Shown: positions 15,394-31,200, counted from the stretch's first letter. The stretch: DNA of 64,000 nucleotides from Octopus vulgaris (GCA_951406725.2 OX597826.1:12834001-12898000); one strand, 5' to 3'. Translations and numbers: made by a program. Notes: generated by a model not told the origin, from the sequence alone.

Positions 15394-15688
15394 AAGGCGG
15401 CGAGCTGGCAGAAACGTTAGCGCGCCGGGCGAAATACTTACCGGTATTTCGTCTTTCGTCTGCCGTTACGTTCTGAGTTCAAATTCCACCGAGGTCGACT
15501 TTGCCTTTCATCCTTTCCGGGTCGATTAAATAAGTACCAGTTACGTACTGGGGTCGATGTAATCGACTTAATCCGTTTGTCTGTCCTTGTTTGTCTCTTC
15601 TGTGTTTAGCCCCTTATAGGTAGTAAAGAAATAGGTATTTCGTATGTCTTTATATTCTGAGTTCAAATTCCGCCGAGGTCGGAAATAC
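15394..15688 (+). mobile_element. tRNA-SINE group A with partial second unit
   Basis: Full head and body; TSD atactgtgtgtttata. Confidence 0.9.
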
Positions 15689-15841
15689 ATACTGTGTGTT
15701 TATACAATGATGAGAGTTCATAATTTTTAATAAGGATTTCATCTGCGCTGCAAGTCCACCTCGACCTCAGAATCATAGTAGCACTTTAGTCTTGAATGAT
15801 TATTCAAAAAAATCTTAACACTTGTAAACCGACATATCATT

Positions 15842-16075
15842 ATCTTTTATCTTTTATCTTTTACTCGTTTCAGTCGTGAGAGTGCGGCCATGCTGGGGCA
15901 CAGCCTTGAAGAATATTTAGTCGAATGAATCGATGCCACTACTTCTTTCTTTTCTTTTTAAGTTTGGTACTTATTTCATCGGTGTCTTTGGCCGAACCGC
16001 TATTTATAACGACAGAAACACACCAGCACCTGATGTCAAGCGGTGGGACAAACACGAACATAAAGACGCGTGCGC
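15842..16075 (-). mobile_element. Group B SINE, 3' part
   Basis: Matches the cagcatggccgca...actgaaac tail of 53280-53470. Confidence 0.75.
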
Positions 16076-16083
16076 GCGCACAC

Positions 16084-16138
<55 letters not shown>

Positions 16139-17551
16139 TTCACATACATACATACCTGCATAGAATCTGAAGACTGACACAATTAAAAAGATAATAGAAA
16201 AGGTTATTGATTTCAGGAAAAGAACTCTCATTAATACACAAGTAAAGACGAAGACTGCAGCCGATGGATCGCAGGATCAGCTACTAAAATGTACAGAAGA
16301 AATGTCCACATCAAATAATGACGTTTAATATTATTTGTCTGCCACCATCTTTTTTTTTTGGGGGGGGGGACTTGATACTCGCAATAAATACAGTTTACAG
16401 GAATATTACCAGCATAATGATCGCAGGGTGAGAGTACCAAGTCAAATTAGAATTCGGTCCCCTGTCAACTGCACCATAAAGTTATCACTAAATATGTTTC
16501 TTTAATCTCTATGTTGACTGAGTAAAAACATGCAAAAAAAAAAAAAAAAACTCTTCTGAAAGCAGGAAAATATAGAAAGAGGTGTTGTAGAGACAAATTA
16601 TTTTTTGACAGTTTTTCTCGAAATTTTTCTTTCTTTGTTTTTTTTGCATTTTTTCTTAAATCTTAATTGAATTCAATTTATTGCGGAATGAAAAACTGTC
16701 ACAGAAGTATGTCATGAAAAGTTTTAAAAAGGAGTAAATCACCTTCGTTTCAGCGTACTGGATTACAAAAAAATTTCAGATTAAATTGCGGAGATTTCTT
16801 TCCAGTATTACACCAGAAATTGCGTATACAACGCCACAAACATACACATATAATATATATATATATGCATGCATTTGTGTATTTGTGTGTCTACATACGT
16901 ATGTATATGTGCGTATGTACATATATATATATATAAGTATATATTCATATATAAATATATATATATACATACACATATATATGAATATATATATACTTTT
17001 ATAAACATAGATACCTATTTACAGACATCCATATGTGTGTGTGTGTGTGTAAGTGTGTGTGTGTGTGTGTGTAAGTGTGTGTGTGTGTATACGCACTCAT
17101 AAACGTAACGAGCGTATTTTACGCTATGTGGTACATATAATAGTGGGATTATTCAAGGAATTTACTGTAAAAAAAACCCAGCGATTATTTCATTGTTATT
17201 TTATTCTTTCTTTCTTCAATTCCAGACATCGTTTATCCCTTTCCACATCTCTTACTTCCTTTACTGTTAGAAACGTGTTCTCTGTATTTCAGGAATCGAA
17301 TTTGCTCTGAAGATGTAATCGCTTTCACCTTTCATGGCAACGTCTCATTTAGTCCAAGATTTCACAATACATTTCGATCTGATTATTTTTTCATTAATGG
17401 TTGTCTTTCATTTAATTTTTATTTTTTGTATTCTCAGTATATTTTTTCATATATATACACGTATACACTCACATACACGCACATGTATATACTTATACAC
17501 TCGCGCGCGCATACGTCTCTTTACGCGCCCCCACGCCCAGATATAATGCAT

Positions 17552-17968
17552 ATTTCTTTATTGCCCACAAGGGGTTAAACATAGAAGGAACAAACAAGGA
17601 CAGACATAGGGATTAAGTCGATTACATCGACCCCAGTGCGTAACTGGTACTTGATTTATCGACCCCGAAAGGATGAAAGGTAAAGTCGACCTCGGCGGAA
17701 TTTGAACTCAGAACGTAGCGGCAGACGAAATACCTATTTCTTTTCTACCCACAAGGAGCTAAACACAGAGGGAACAAACAAGGACAGACAAACGGATTAA
17801 GTCCACTACATCGACCCCAGTGCGTAACTGGTACTTAATTTATCGACCCCGAAAGGATGAAACGTAAAGTCGGCCTCGGCGGAATTTGAACTCAGAACGT
17901 AGCGGCAGACGAAATACCGCTAAGCATTTTCGCCCGGCGTGCTAACGATTCTGCCAGCTCGCCGCCTT
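17552..17968 (-). mobile_element. tRNA-SINE group A dimer
   Basis: Same architecture as 7923-8338; imperfect TSD acgcc(c/a)agatataat.catatt. Confidence 0.92.
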
Positions 17969-18097
17969 ACGCCAAGATATAATTCATATTAAGATGGTCT
18001 GGCATTGTGTGTGTTATTTAATTCAAACCTATGTAAAATTATGGCTTTCTTACATTCTCCCAAAGCAAAACTAGGCTTCGCAATTACCTGGCTTCGT

Positions 18098-18311
18098 AAG
18101 GCGGCGAGCTGGCCGAATCGTTAGCACGCCTGGCAAAATGCTAAGGGACATTTCGCTCTCTTAACGTTCTGAGTTCAAATTACATCGAGGTCGACTATAT
18201 TTCATCCTTCGGCGTCGGTAAAATGAGGACCAGTAGAGACCTGGGGTTGATGCACTTGACTTCCCCCACTCCGCCTAAATTGCTGGCCTTGTGCCAAAAT
18301 TTGAAACCAAT
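18098..18311 (+). mobile_element. Group A SINE, alternative 3' tail (tgctggccttgtgccaaaatttgaaacca)
   Basis: Group A head and body; same tail at 23934-24153 (-), 32578-32777 (+), 35022-35214 (-) and 59150-59275 (+). Confidence 0.85.
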
Positions 18312-19049
18312 TACCTTATTTCTTGTTCAGTCGCACTGTAAGGTTCTTTGAAATTAGTCTTCTACAATAGAGCTAACCTGGGAAAAACCTTGTGAGTCAC
18401 ATTTGATCGACGGATTTTGTGAGCAAACAGACGGAATAAAACGCTGCTGTTCTTGGTTTGAAAACATCATTTCGCCCAGTTTATTACTGCTATCAACTCC
18501 TTGTCTACTTTCGTGGAGTCTACTTTGATGAAACTATTCTGCATAGTTTCCGGGTTGAAAATAACTTCCACCTTCCCTCATACCAATCCCAGTGGCTCTA
18601 AAAAGAATCACGAGCACTACATTTTCTCTTCTAAATCATGCAAAAAGAAAATGAAATTACTTCAGTGAAATTTGAAACCATATTGCACCGTTAGCTTGCG
18701 TGCTTACCTATATACGTAGTTTGATACGAGATAATTAGACAGCAATTAATTTGTTTGCTTATGAATGAATGCATCGATGAAGAATACAAGCAAAATGATT
18801 TTTGTTAATGAAATATACACACTTTAAACAACAAAACAGTAAAAAAGTCAAATTAAAAAACACATTAGTTTATTAAAGCCAAGTTATTTTTCACTTACAT
18901 TGGTTGTAAAAGGGAGATAACCATTGAACAATGATGTTACAAATAATAATAATGATACATTATATAAACACAAGTTCACAAAAGTGAGGAGAGGGAAAAC
19001 AATCAGTCGAATCAAGTATAGGCAATAATAATAATAATAATGCACAAGA

Positions 19050-19480
19050 ATGGGACTCAAAGAATGACAAATTTTCATATTGTGGGATACGCCGAATCAT
19101 AGAGATAGGCAAATCGACCAGACACTGGTATTAAGGACGAAAGAAGATTGTATGTCATAATCGATGTAGCAATCCAAAAAATGATGATGTATTTCTAAAG
19201 AAAATATGGAAAAATTATCCAAATATATAAAACTGCAAATAGAAGAGGCTAGAATATGAAGGATCGAAAGCAAAATAAATCTTTGTTAACGAACAAACGA
19301 ATGTTGTAATTTTTTGAAAATTTCACGAAATTATACACAACATATGGAAAAAAAAGCGACAATGTTTGTATACATATTACGTATAGCAGCCTGGGGAAAA
19401 AAGACAAAAGAAGATAGACAGTCTATGTACCCATATAGAACAAGCTCTCGGTTGTGCAGAGAAAGATACGACAAAAATAA
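19050..19480 (+). mobile_element. Highly decayed R4/Dong-like LINE 3' end (RLE domain)
   Basis: ILWDTPNHRDR..RPD..IIDVAI..EKLSKYIKLQIE across frameshifts, parallel to 61560-62030. Confidence 0.6.
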
Positions 19481-19700
19481 ACCTTTCAAATAAGAGTTAG
19501 AAGTGTCTCTGCAAAATAATAAAATTAGATGGCATACGCGGGTATATTAGGGTGAGGGTCTTGAATGCTAAATGGACAATTTATAATGCTTCTTATATTT
19601 TCAATTTTATTTACTTCTAAGCAATTACTCTTTCACTTCCCCCTCTTCAAATTTACTCCTCCACTCACTCTCTTTCACTCTCACACCCTCTCTCTCCCTT

Positions 19701-19756
<56 letters not shown>

Positions 19757-20138
19757 ACACACAAACACTTACACGCTCACAATTATAAATTTCAATCATT
19801 ATCTCCTTTTACATTTTCTTTCAAATATTTCCTTATGGCTCATAATAATTGGGTGTCTTCCCTCTCGTTATCTCCTGGTATTATTGGTACCTTGTGAGAA
19901 ATTTGTTACAATTCCTTCTGACAACGCTTTGTTATTCTTACAAAACTATCTTGCGACAGACAACTTACCATTCAAAATAAAAACAATTCCGTTGGTCGAC
20001 ATCTAAACTGCGCAATGAACGAAAAAGTGTTTCCATTTTTAGATGCGAGATATTTTCCCTTTCGGAAAGGATATACATAGATACATATATACATATATAC
20101 ACATATACATATATACATATATATGTATATATGTGTGT

Positions 20139-20231
<93 letters not shown>

Positions 20232-20252
20232 ACATATATTTATATAAATATA

Positions 20253-20283
<31 letters not shown>

Positions 20284-20413
20284 AATATATATATTTGTGT
20301 GTATATATATATATATATATATGTGTATATGTATGTGTATATATATGTATATATATGTGTGTGCGTGTATTTGTGTGTGTGGTATATGTGTGTGTATGTG
20401 CGTATATATGTGC

Positions 20414-20458
<45 letters not shown>

Positions 20459-20468
20459 TATGTGTGTA

Positions 20469-20558
<90 letters not shown>

Positions 20559-21173
20559 TTCGTATGTGTGCGTGTTTGTGAAAAATCCAACGTATCCTAA
20601 AATAGTAACTTTCCGATGTGTTCTATGATCCACCGGACTCTAAGTAAAAAGATGTACGCCAATGCTTGATGAATCATCAAAAACAAATAAAAAAAAATAA
20701 GAAAAAAAATAAGGACAGTATGGGATCACAATCAAAACTATTGGATTGGTGATCAGAAAGGCGGAAATGGCATTTAAGACATTTTGACGTTCTTGTCATG
20801 CGTAATATATCATTAACGTGACAAGACAAGAAAGCAAGGCAACGAATACGAAAAAAAAAAGTTTAAGAGGAAATGTTCAAGTGAAAAGGCCTTTGTATTT
20901 TACCAAGCTTAGCAATTTGCAACTTAACCAATGAACCTGAGGAATTTAACCTAAAATATTCCGCTTAAAGTTTTCATTCTCTTTTCCAATTTGGGTCTAT
21001 ATTCTGAAGAAGACAATGTCCGAAACATAATTGATTCACTCCATAATTTGGGTGTTTGATTGAAAACCTACCTTGTCTTGCGGTTGCTACATTTTTTCTT
21101 TCTTTCTAAATCTGTAAAAATATGTATACATGTAAATATATATATGTGCGTGTGTGTGTGAGTGTGTGTATTC

Positions 21174-21215
<42 letters not shown>

Positions 21216-21237
21216 ATATATATACATATATATATAT

Positions 21238-21307
<70 letters not shown>

Positions 21308-21339
21308 ATATATATATATTTATGTATATATATATATTG

Positions 21340-21395
<56 letters not shown>

Positions 21396-21797
21396 ATTTA
21401 TGTGTTTCTTTGTGTATGGGCATGAATATTTATATGTTTGTGTGAGTAATAGATATACACACACATACACACACACACACACACATACACATATACACAC
21501 TCGTACAAATGTATACATACATGTGCATACGTATGTGCACATGTATGTGTTTGCATATTTGGCGTTCCATCATGAATGTGGATGCCTGCAGTTCATGTCT
21601 GAAATATATAAATGAATGCTCATAACAAATCCTATTTTAATAAAATTCGTATGTTTTGTATGAAAGATTTATATTAAATAGTTTATATATGTAATATACT
21701 ATCCTATCTTTTGTATTACTTTGATTTTTCAAACCGTATGGCGTCTCTTAAATGCTAGAAGTCGCCTTTGGTACACACATATACATGTCTGCCTTTC

Positions 21798-21844
<47 letters not shown>

Positions 21845-21869
21845 TATGCATGTGTGTATTTCTATATAG

Positions 21870-21933
<64 letters not shown>

Positions 21934-21995
21934 ATATACATATATATAAATATACATATATATATGTGTGTGCGTGTGTATATATATACATATAT

Positions 21996-22035
<40 letters not shown>

Positions 22036-22199
22036 AGTATATATATACATATAGATATATGTATATATATATATATGTATATAAGTATATATATACATAT
22101 AGATATATGTATATATATATACGTATAGATATATGTATATATACATAAAGATATATGTATATATACATATAGATATATGTATATATATGTATGTATGTG

Positions 22200-22246
<47 letters not shown>

Positions 22247-22305
22247 TTGCATACGTATATACATATATATGTGTGTTTGTGTGTGTGTACAGGTTTAGCA
22301 CATAT

Positions 22306-22411
22306 CTAGTTCTTTGAATATTGACATTCCATGTCACGTATCTCCGCTCTTTCTCCTTCTGGTGCAAGCATTTTCTCTGCTTGTTTCTCTTCTTCTTTGC
22401 TGACTGATATT
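22306..22411 (-). CDS. SUSD2/Mesh-like last coding exon: cytoplasmic tail
   Basis: Acceptor gtatttacag, phase 2 matches exon H. Translates [34 protein letters not shown] then TAG. Confidence 0.8.
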
Positions 22412-22640
22412 CTGTAAATACAGAACAGAAAAATAATCAAGAATTCAATAAGTATTTAAGAAATCATAAATCAACAGATATGACCCTAGAATCTCATAGT
22501 ATCCATGTAAGAGATAACAGGGCCACATTTGCATACACATACCTATACACACGTGCAAATACTAATATCGCTTCTCCCTCTCTCTTTTTGTCTGTCACTA
22601 TATATATATATATATGCATATATATGTATGTATATGAACG

Positions 22641-22681
<41 letters not shown>

Positions 22682-22736
22682 CATACATATGATATTAATC
22701 AAATTAATTTTCAGTTTTTCACCATTATTATTTTAA

Positions 22737-22800
<64 letters not shown>

Positions 22801-22976
22801 GAGTTACAAATATTTTTATCTGTGGAGTCATATCTGTAGTAAAAAGGAATGAGCTGTCTTTGGCTGCTATTTCTAAATTTTCGGTATGTGGTGAAGCAAC
22901 TTGTTGCTTAACCATTATTATATATATATATATAATGTGAAGTAAGAATTATACCTCGTTCAGAGATTTATTATTG

Positions 22977-23011
<35 letters not shown>

Positions 23012-23272
23012 AAATAAAAGAAGGAAAATGCACAAAGTTTACGTAGTTTTAATATATTTTACAAGTGAAAGAGGTTTGTATCTGTCAATTTGTGTGACAA
23101 GGGACTACTTTTACGTGCCACAAGCCGAGTACCTAACAAATTACACCGTACTGTTTTCAAAAGGGAGGAATCAATACTCGATGGAGTGGCAAGGGCTAGA
23201 ATAATTTCTCCATATACCAGGGGTCTGCTAATTCTAACAATAGCATCAATATATATATATATATATATATAT

Positions 23273-23525
23273 TCGATTCCCTGACCGGGCGTTGTTAGTG
23301 TTTATTGAGCGAAAACACCTAAAACTCCACAAGGCTCCGGCAGGGGGGGTGGCAATCCCTGCTGTACTCTTTCGCCACAACTTTCTCTCACTCTTTCTTC
23401 TGTTGGCCTGCTCGCTTAGCCAGCGGGGTGGCGTCATTTGAAGGCTAAAACAATGCGAAGCGCATTGTAACCAGCGATGTGTAGCAACGTCTGATAGCCT
23501 GGTCGGTCACGGTGATCACGGTGAT
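23273..23525 (+). mobile_element. Group C SINE (body 2, tail Y), 5'-truncated
   Basis: ttcgattccctgaccgggcg...gagcgaaaacacctaaa...cacaactttctctcactctttc shared with the 36196 and 59376 copies. Confidence 0.8.
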
Positions 23526-24411
23526 ATATATATATATACAGATATAAACATATGTATATATTCATATATATATGCACATACATACAGGGAGAGAGTAGTG
23601 GAGAGAGAGAGTAGGGGAGAGAGAGAATCGATATATGAGCAAACATTTTATATTACATATATGTTTGCGTATGTATGTGAATCTTATTGGTGTATCTTGG
23701 GAGGGGCAGTCTTGCGAATAACAAACGCGCGCACTTGTTTAATTTCACTTGTTCTTTTATTATTATTCGTCGACTGGTTAATCAAATAACCAGTTAATAG
23801 AACACTTGATTAATTATTCAATTCATTCAGCCATTAGCTGGTTTGTCAGACTGCTTTCGTAATCATTCATCATTGCATCAGCAACATGCCCTCGTTACAC
23901 TTGGTTTGTCTTGTTTAACTAATTGATTTAATATTGGTTTCAAAATTTGGCACAGAGCCAGCAATTTCGAGAAATGGAAAAGTCAGTTACAACAATCTCC
24001 AGTAATCAATTGGTATTTATTATATTATATCGACACCGAAATAATGAAAGGCAAAGTCATCCTCGGCGGAATTTGAACTCAAAACGTAAAGACAGAGGAA
24101 AATCTGCTGAGCATTTTGCCTGGCGTGATAACTATTCTGCCAAAACGCCGCTTTAACTAGTTGACTAATATTAATATAAAGAAGTGAAACTGAACCAGTG
24201 CGTGTGTTGATTATTGACAAAATGACCGTTCTGATACAATATCTCTTTCGACATAGTATATCACATCAAGAGTCTTACAAATCAGTTCCAAAAAATAAAA
24301 ACGATGTAGTAAATGTATAATAATGTCACAAAATAAACGATATTTCATAATGCCTACATTTAGTGTTAACAGAAATAAAGGAGGTGATATAGAATGAGAT
24401 TATCTACTTAC

Positions 24412-24538
24412 GGTTTCTCTTTCTTTGAAGACCTCCTTTTAATAAAACAGGCAATTCCAATTATCAAAGCTATTAATACCACAGCACCCACAATAACGCC
24501 TATTATTAATGCCATCTCTGCTATAGCTTGTTCTCGAT
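24412..24538 (-). CDS. SUSD2/Mesh-like exon H: transmembrane helix and stop-transfer
   Basis: Acceptor ctattttgcag, donor gtaagt. Translates DREQAIAEMALIIGVIVGAVVLIALIIGIACFIKRRSSKKEKP. Confidence 0.88.
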
Positions 24539-25497
24539 CTGCAAAATAGAACAAAAAATAATAAGTATTGGATTAGGTTCAATAAGAAATTATTTTATAT
24601 TGTTATTTAAAATGTTTGGAAGAACTTACATATTGCCTTATTTTGTATTAAATACATTCTCTCTTTTTATGAGTTTGGCAAATGGTGTGTTGCAATGCTC
24701 ACTACACTTTTAATCATTGAAAAGTCATAGCAATAGGGGAATCAAGTCTGGTGAGATTATTTTAGCTAGAAATGTTTCAGATTATTTAGATAGAAATTAC
24801 TTCCAAGGAAAATCCGAGTTAGCAGTGTAGATAAAATATATGCTTCGGAGCATGTTGAAGAACACATAGAACACGAGGAAAGAACATAACGGTCAGTGAA
24901 GAAGGACATTAGTCACTATGTTATAGTTTGAACAACCCTAGATATGACAAACTTTGATTTCAAACAACGATAGTGTGCCTAGACTAACTTCTTGAGAGTA
25001 CAGTATTTTCTTTGATGCGTGCAATAATATCCTGTGTTTATTTGTAGATGCAGTCTTATATACGTATCGTTATTCCTTTGAAAATATATTTATTTCCATT
25101 TTGTTGAAGGTTAACATATGTTCAGTATGAATTATTTTCTAAACCAGATGAAGGAATCAGACATTTCAAGTAAATTGCTACTGTACGAATAAGGTTTGGT
25201 GATTATACCATAACGGTTTGATTAGTGAACTATACAGCTCAATGAACTAAGCCAGTAAAGATTCTAATTGGGTTATTTACCAATTTTTCTACCGGCTGCA
25301 GACTATTGATATTTGGTTAGATTGTTGGTTTCCACTACGTAGCGATTTCATTTTTCAACTTATTCCTTATGGTAAATTACAATAGGTTATAAATATTTCA
25401 TTATAATTTTCAAAATATAATTAATCGCATTAACTCTGGTTATTTTCTAACTTTAGAAAATACTAGAAAATAGATTCAAGCAAAACAATATTAACTA

Positions 25498-25782
25498 TCT
25501 ATGTCCATATATAAGATTCTTTGTATCTCTGTCTGTCCCCAATGCATTCTCAAATGGCTCAACCAAATCAAATCAAAATTTACATGGCAATACTGCGAAA
25601 CCCCGGGATGTAATTTTGGCACAAGTTTTGCAACATTGGCAAGGTTCCGTGTTACGTCTCAAAATTCGTAGACTAAAAGTGAAACCATCGACAGAGTATG
25701 TTATAAATAGTTTCAATTTTAATAGTTTCACCATGTATACATACATATATATGTATGTGTATTTATATATATACATACATAC

Positions 25783-25819
<37 letters not shown>

Positions 25820-26161
25820 GCTTCAGGTTGACCAAAGCCTTGTGAGTGTATTTCGTACACGGAAACTGAAAGAAGATTATCGTATATATGTGTATATTTG
25901 TGTGTGTGCGAGTGGCTGTGTGTCTGTGTTTGTACTCCCACCATCGCTTGACAACCGATGTTGCTGTGTTTATGTCCCTGTAACTTAGCGATTCGGCAAA
26001 TGACACCCATAGAATAAGTATTAGGCTTTAAAAAATTAATCCTGGGGGTGATCAGTTCGACCAAATGCGATGCTCCAGCATGGCCGCAGTCACATGACTG
26101 AAACAAGTAAAACAAAAAAAATGTCATTTTTATCCCGAGCAACGCCGGGTATATCTGCTAG
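25498..26161 (+). mobile_element. Non-autonomous Helitron carrying a group B SINE fragment (about 25820-26115)
   Basis: Starts a|TCTATGTCCATATATAAG; ends cccgagcaacgccgggtatatctgCTAG|t. Confidence 0.75.
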
Positions 26162-27575
26162 TGCTTAATAAAAACAAAAACTTTTTGCAGATATACACAA
26201 GCACGAAGGACGAAATATTTTTGATGAAGGGTTTCGTACTTGACTGTAGCAGTAATAAATTTCATTACATCTGTTTTGTCTCAAATTTATAGAAATTTAT
26301 ATTGTTGATTATAATATAGTAAATCTTTTAATTATGATTCCAATTTCGTTCCATAGTTAAAGTTATTAACGCGTGACACTCGAAGTTGTTTCATTAAGTT
26401 AAAAATTGCAATCACCTTTTCTTACTGTTGTGGTTGGTAAAATAATAATACTCGAACAGACATTGTGATAGACAGAAAATACCATATAAATCTTAGAAGG
26501 CGAGATGTTTTTGAATCGATATATACTTTCACCAAATCTTCTGATAAATTTAATAAGATGTTTTCCGAGCGAATTATCAAATAATATACATCTAATAACA
26601 GAATTTAATAATATCTAAATGTAATAATTTATATCCGTGTGAAGTGAATGATGGTGTCACAAATTTCAATGTTAAATAATTCAATCTCGCGATCTAATCG
26701 ATTCTGAATCAAATCGCACAAGAGAGAGGCGCACAAACTGCAAAGCTGCTTGGATTAATACAATTTCATAGAAAGGAAGCTTATGAATATTGAGATATAA
26801 ATATGACGAATGGCACATTGTATTGTAGAATCAGCAAGATGACCTCTGACCCAATCACGTTAATATATTGTTTCTCCTTTCAAAAACTGTTGATAATCGC
26901 ACGAATGCATTGTTTAAATATAAACATAATCAAATTATTGATTTCTGAGATTTAACATAGTTTAGAGTATTAAACTTAATATTGTATTATTTGCAGTTAA
27001 CACTTCTGGAACCGATAATTATCTGTTTATTGTGGAGCAAAAAAAAATTGATCGAAAACAGCAAACAGACAGAAATATGTGTGATTACTTGGTGTAAATT
27101 ACAATAATTGTGTTTGCCAAACTGTCAAAAGATTGTTATATTCCACCATAAATGATGATGGAATATTAAATATTTAGAAATGTAGAATTACACTCTTTAC
27201 ACATTACATATAATATATCAACTAATCATTTTTTTCGTTATGTTGATTTTCAGCAATTTCATTTTTCCCTTGGGGATTATACATTTTAATGTAACGGTAA
27301 GCAAACTGTAAACATAATTCCCCTATTATCTTTTAGTTAGTGATATACTACGCATTTGTGTAGATGCGTATACATACGTATACGTGCGTCAGCCTAAGCT
27401 TCTTTATCTCTATTTTTGCAGAAGTAATAACGTTTTTATATGCGTAGGTAGATATTGAATATGTTGATGTGTAATGCATTTACATTTACTTTCTTCTTTA
27501 TTTTCGCTTTGTGAACTTATAAACGATTATTTACGTTTCTTGCGTATATTGATATAGACGTACATACATACAGAA

Positions 27576-27630
<55 letters not shown>

Positions 27631-27698
27631 CATAGGTAAAAACTGCAGAGATAAGGCATTATATTTCTACAGAAGTAAAAACTGCAATACATAGATAC

Positions 27699-27737
<39 letters not shown>

Positions 27738-27752
27738 AATATACATACATAG

Positions 27753-27797
<45 letters not shown>

Positions 27798-27808
27798 TAC
27801 ATACATAG

Positions 27809-27895
<87 letters not shown>

Positions 27896-27936
27896 CATAC
27901 ATACATACATATATACATATATATATGTATATATAT

Positions 27937-27967
<31 letters not shown>

Positions 27968-28001
27968 CACATATATACATACATATATATATATACATAT
28001 A

Positions 28002-28134
<133 letters not shown>

Positions 28135-28249
28135 CTTAGACAGATACATGCACACATGAAAATTATACTCGAATGACGATTATGATGATAATGGTGATTA
28201 TACTCTTTCTTTAATCGATTTTGGCTTAGGTGTCAGTGACTGAGAAGCA

Positions 28250-31200
28250 CGAACGCTGTGTGCATGGCTATAATATAGTTTAGTAAAGCGAGAACTGCCG
28301 TTGGTGCAATAACCTTTCAGTATCGTTGCCATCATAGCGACATGTACGTTAATAATAAGCCATCTCTGGACTTTCTTTTCAGAATGTTTCATTAATTGCA
28401 TGCATGGATTGTTCACACTCGTGCTGAGGCATCTCCCAATGCTGTGATAATCCGCTTCCTATCAATATTTTGGAGCCTTTCTTCCTCAGACTTAGCAACC
28501 TGGTGAAACAGTTATCTCCATAAGTCACAGCTTAGTGAGAATAAGTCCCAAGAGTTATGTTTATACTCATAAACCTATATTATTTGAACGGATCAAAATC
28601 CTGTCCATCATTCGTCAGGGAATCTAATATTTCTTCATACAGGATTTGCCTGATATTTGGCATTTTTTCTTCCGTAATACGTAATCGATTTATTTTATTT
28701 GTGTTCTGAAAAGAAGGGTTTTTTCGATATTCTTAAGTTTACACTGCACGAAGAAGGTTATTCATAACATTCATACATGAGCAAAGTTCACGAAGCAAAT
28801 CATATACACAAATTATACACACAAATCAAAGATAAAATTTTCCAAGATCTGTATATGTCTCGTTTGGTGTTTAAGTATCTGCTCAATACTGTTAAAGTGA
28901 AAGTGAAAGTAAAATTGCTCTGTAGACATAAAACTTTATGTGACGGTGATAGTACAGTCACTCTGTAAACGCAGACATTGACCGTACACAACACAATACA
29001 GCTGTGCCATACATGGTGTAGGTGCTTCCCTGTTGACTTTACAGTCGGCATCTAAATCTCACAATTATCATTTTCTATATATCCTACAAACTCATCTGGA
29101 AGAGTGGCATGGGAATAACTCGCATGGGAATAGTGAGATGCGAAGGCGAACACTAGTATTAGTTTCTCGCATTTATATGTAACTGTGTTAACATTTCTGT
29201 GAGCTTTGCGGTGTAATTTTGACTGTGGAGAGGACGGGACTAATGATTTACTAAGCAATGGCTAATGTGTGCGCTACAAATGTACTTTCATTGAAAAGCA
29301 ATAAATAACTCATTAACCATCGCTCTAATGTTTATTCAGGATGCTCCTACAGTTCTACCGTGGATTTCAGCTTTCCTGCAATGTAACTGTAAATCGTGTT
29401 TCCAGAACTGTTACGACATAACTGCATATCGTTCGCGTGATAATAAATTTATTTAATCAGTCGCCAGCAGAGAACAATTCGGACAAGAAAAACCCTAAAT
29501 TAGGTGCCATAATATGTGCCGGCATCGTTTCGTTTCCTAGATATAAGCAAAGTGGATAATTGTTATAATCATGTCAGGTGAATCTAAGTCTTTTATCTGG
29601 TCCCTCTGGAAAAAGCCAAAATTGGTTCCTAGTAGGAGAATCAAAGATTACGTCAGATCAAACATCACTCATAGGATTTTCTTGTTCCTCTCTTTTTCAA
29701 AGAACCACCATAGAAAGTGAATCATATCCACATTGTCACATCCTCACCTAAAAATCGCTTCCGTTAGTACTGTTTTCGTTAAGTCATAATTTGGTCAAGG
29801 ATAATGCTGGCTAGAATTGTAGTTATCGCCCTTGATCTCCTGTAGGTCGCAATGAGATCACTAAACAACCAAGTGACCAAATAAATGAGGTCTTTAAACT
29901 GCCGAGAGACGATATCAATCTAATAATTCTGTGACTCAGCTAGTCAAATAGTCAGCTTTATATCTGTAGTCTTCAATCCAACGATGTACTAATGTCTTGA
30001 CATTAGAGAGCTAGCTGCTTTTACTCCTGAACTCAATTATAACTGGTTGCCAACTCTGGTTTAACTACATCATCATAAAAATATTTAGAACATGATTTCA
30101 AAAGATGTTTTTCTATGATCTCGAAGAAGCCGGCTGTTAAAACTAGAATGATGCTTTTAGATTTTTCCTGCAATAGAGTCTTCTGCTGCCATGAGTATTA
30201 GCAGCTTTCTGAAACATCTCTCGCTATTCGTACTTCATTCTAGAAGCATATTTGTCGGATCTTTTCGGTTTGAACGGCCGTTCTTAAAAATAATTTCCTC
30301 GTAACTAAACACTTTTAAACTTCGTATACTGGTAGAATGTGTTTATAAAACATCTTTTTCTCTTGGCTTTATTGAGAAAATTCTATAGTTTGTAAGATAT
30401 TTGTTGTTTTTTATCTTCAATTTCTGCAATTTCAACCAATCAATGACGTCTATTGAGGTAAAAAAAACATTCTGTGCCGTATGAATATGTCCCTCGTTTA
30501 AGAAATCGATTGGGTTTATTTACATTTCTGAAGAAAAAAAGATACCCTTCCCCTACCCCCTAACCCTAACCCTAAAACAGATTGAAATGCAATAGATCGA
30601 TACTAGGGTCATAATTATGGGTGACAATTTCATATGACACCGCTAGAAAAAAAATGCCGTTCAAACCGAAAAGATCCTATTTGTCTGCTACTTTCAATCG
30701 ATACATTTTCTCAGGAGAATCCCATTTTCGACCATATCACTGTGAGTGTAATTCACTTCCATAGATAAATCTCATGTAGACAAGACATTTTCATCAAAAA
30801 ATTCCTATTGATTTCAGGGAAATTCGTTACCATGACAACCATGCAAACACCTCACATGTGGTACATTTCGTTGTCTTCATCAACTCTGGAGCAATTGATT
30901 CTGTAATGATATTACTTGACAAACGTGGGTCAATAATCAGGAATCTTACAAAATACGGATGTCCAATTCCAAGAAATGTAAATGATTGGCAAATTTCAGT
31001 TTGGCATAAATTCATAGCCAATGATATCAACATGTAACGGCTTTTCTAAGTGAAATAAGATGTTAACAAAGATCGTATTTTGGAAGGGTCTGCTGTGACA
31101 CTTTTTTCCAGCGGCAACTTGATGTGTTCAGCTACCGGCCCAGGCTTTACAGCTAGTAAGGATAAGAAAAGAAGGCAAACTGCCAAAATATGGTCGCTCT

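Noticed and set aside
21000-21045. ctgaagaagacaatgtccgaaacataattg hammerhead-like motif
   Set aside because: Core boxes are present, but no NUH cleavage triplet in register and no stem I; at most a decayed relic.
26795-26890. FLKGETIY*RDW...C resembling a sushi fragment
   Set aside because: Contains a stop and has no convincing splice sites; likely chance.
30560-30576. (TAACCC)n telomeric repeat
   Set aside because: Under three units and internal to a MITE.
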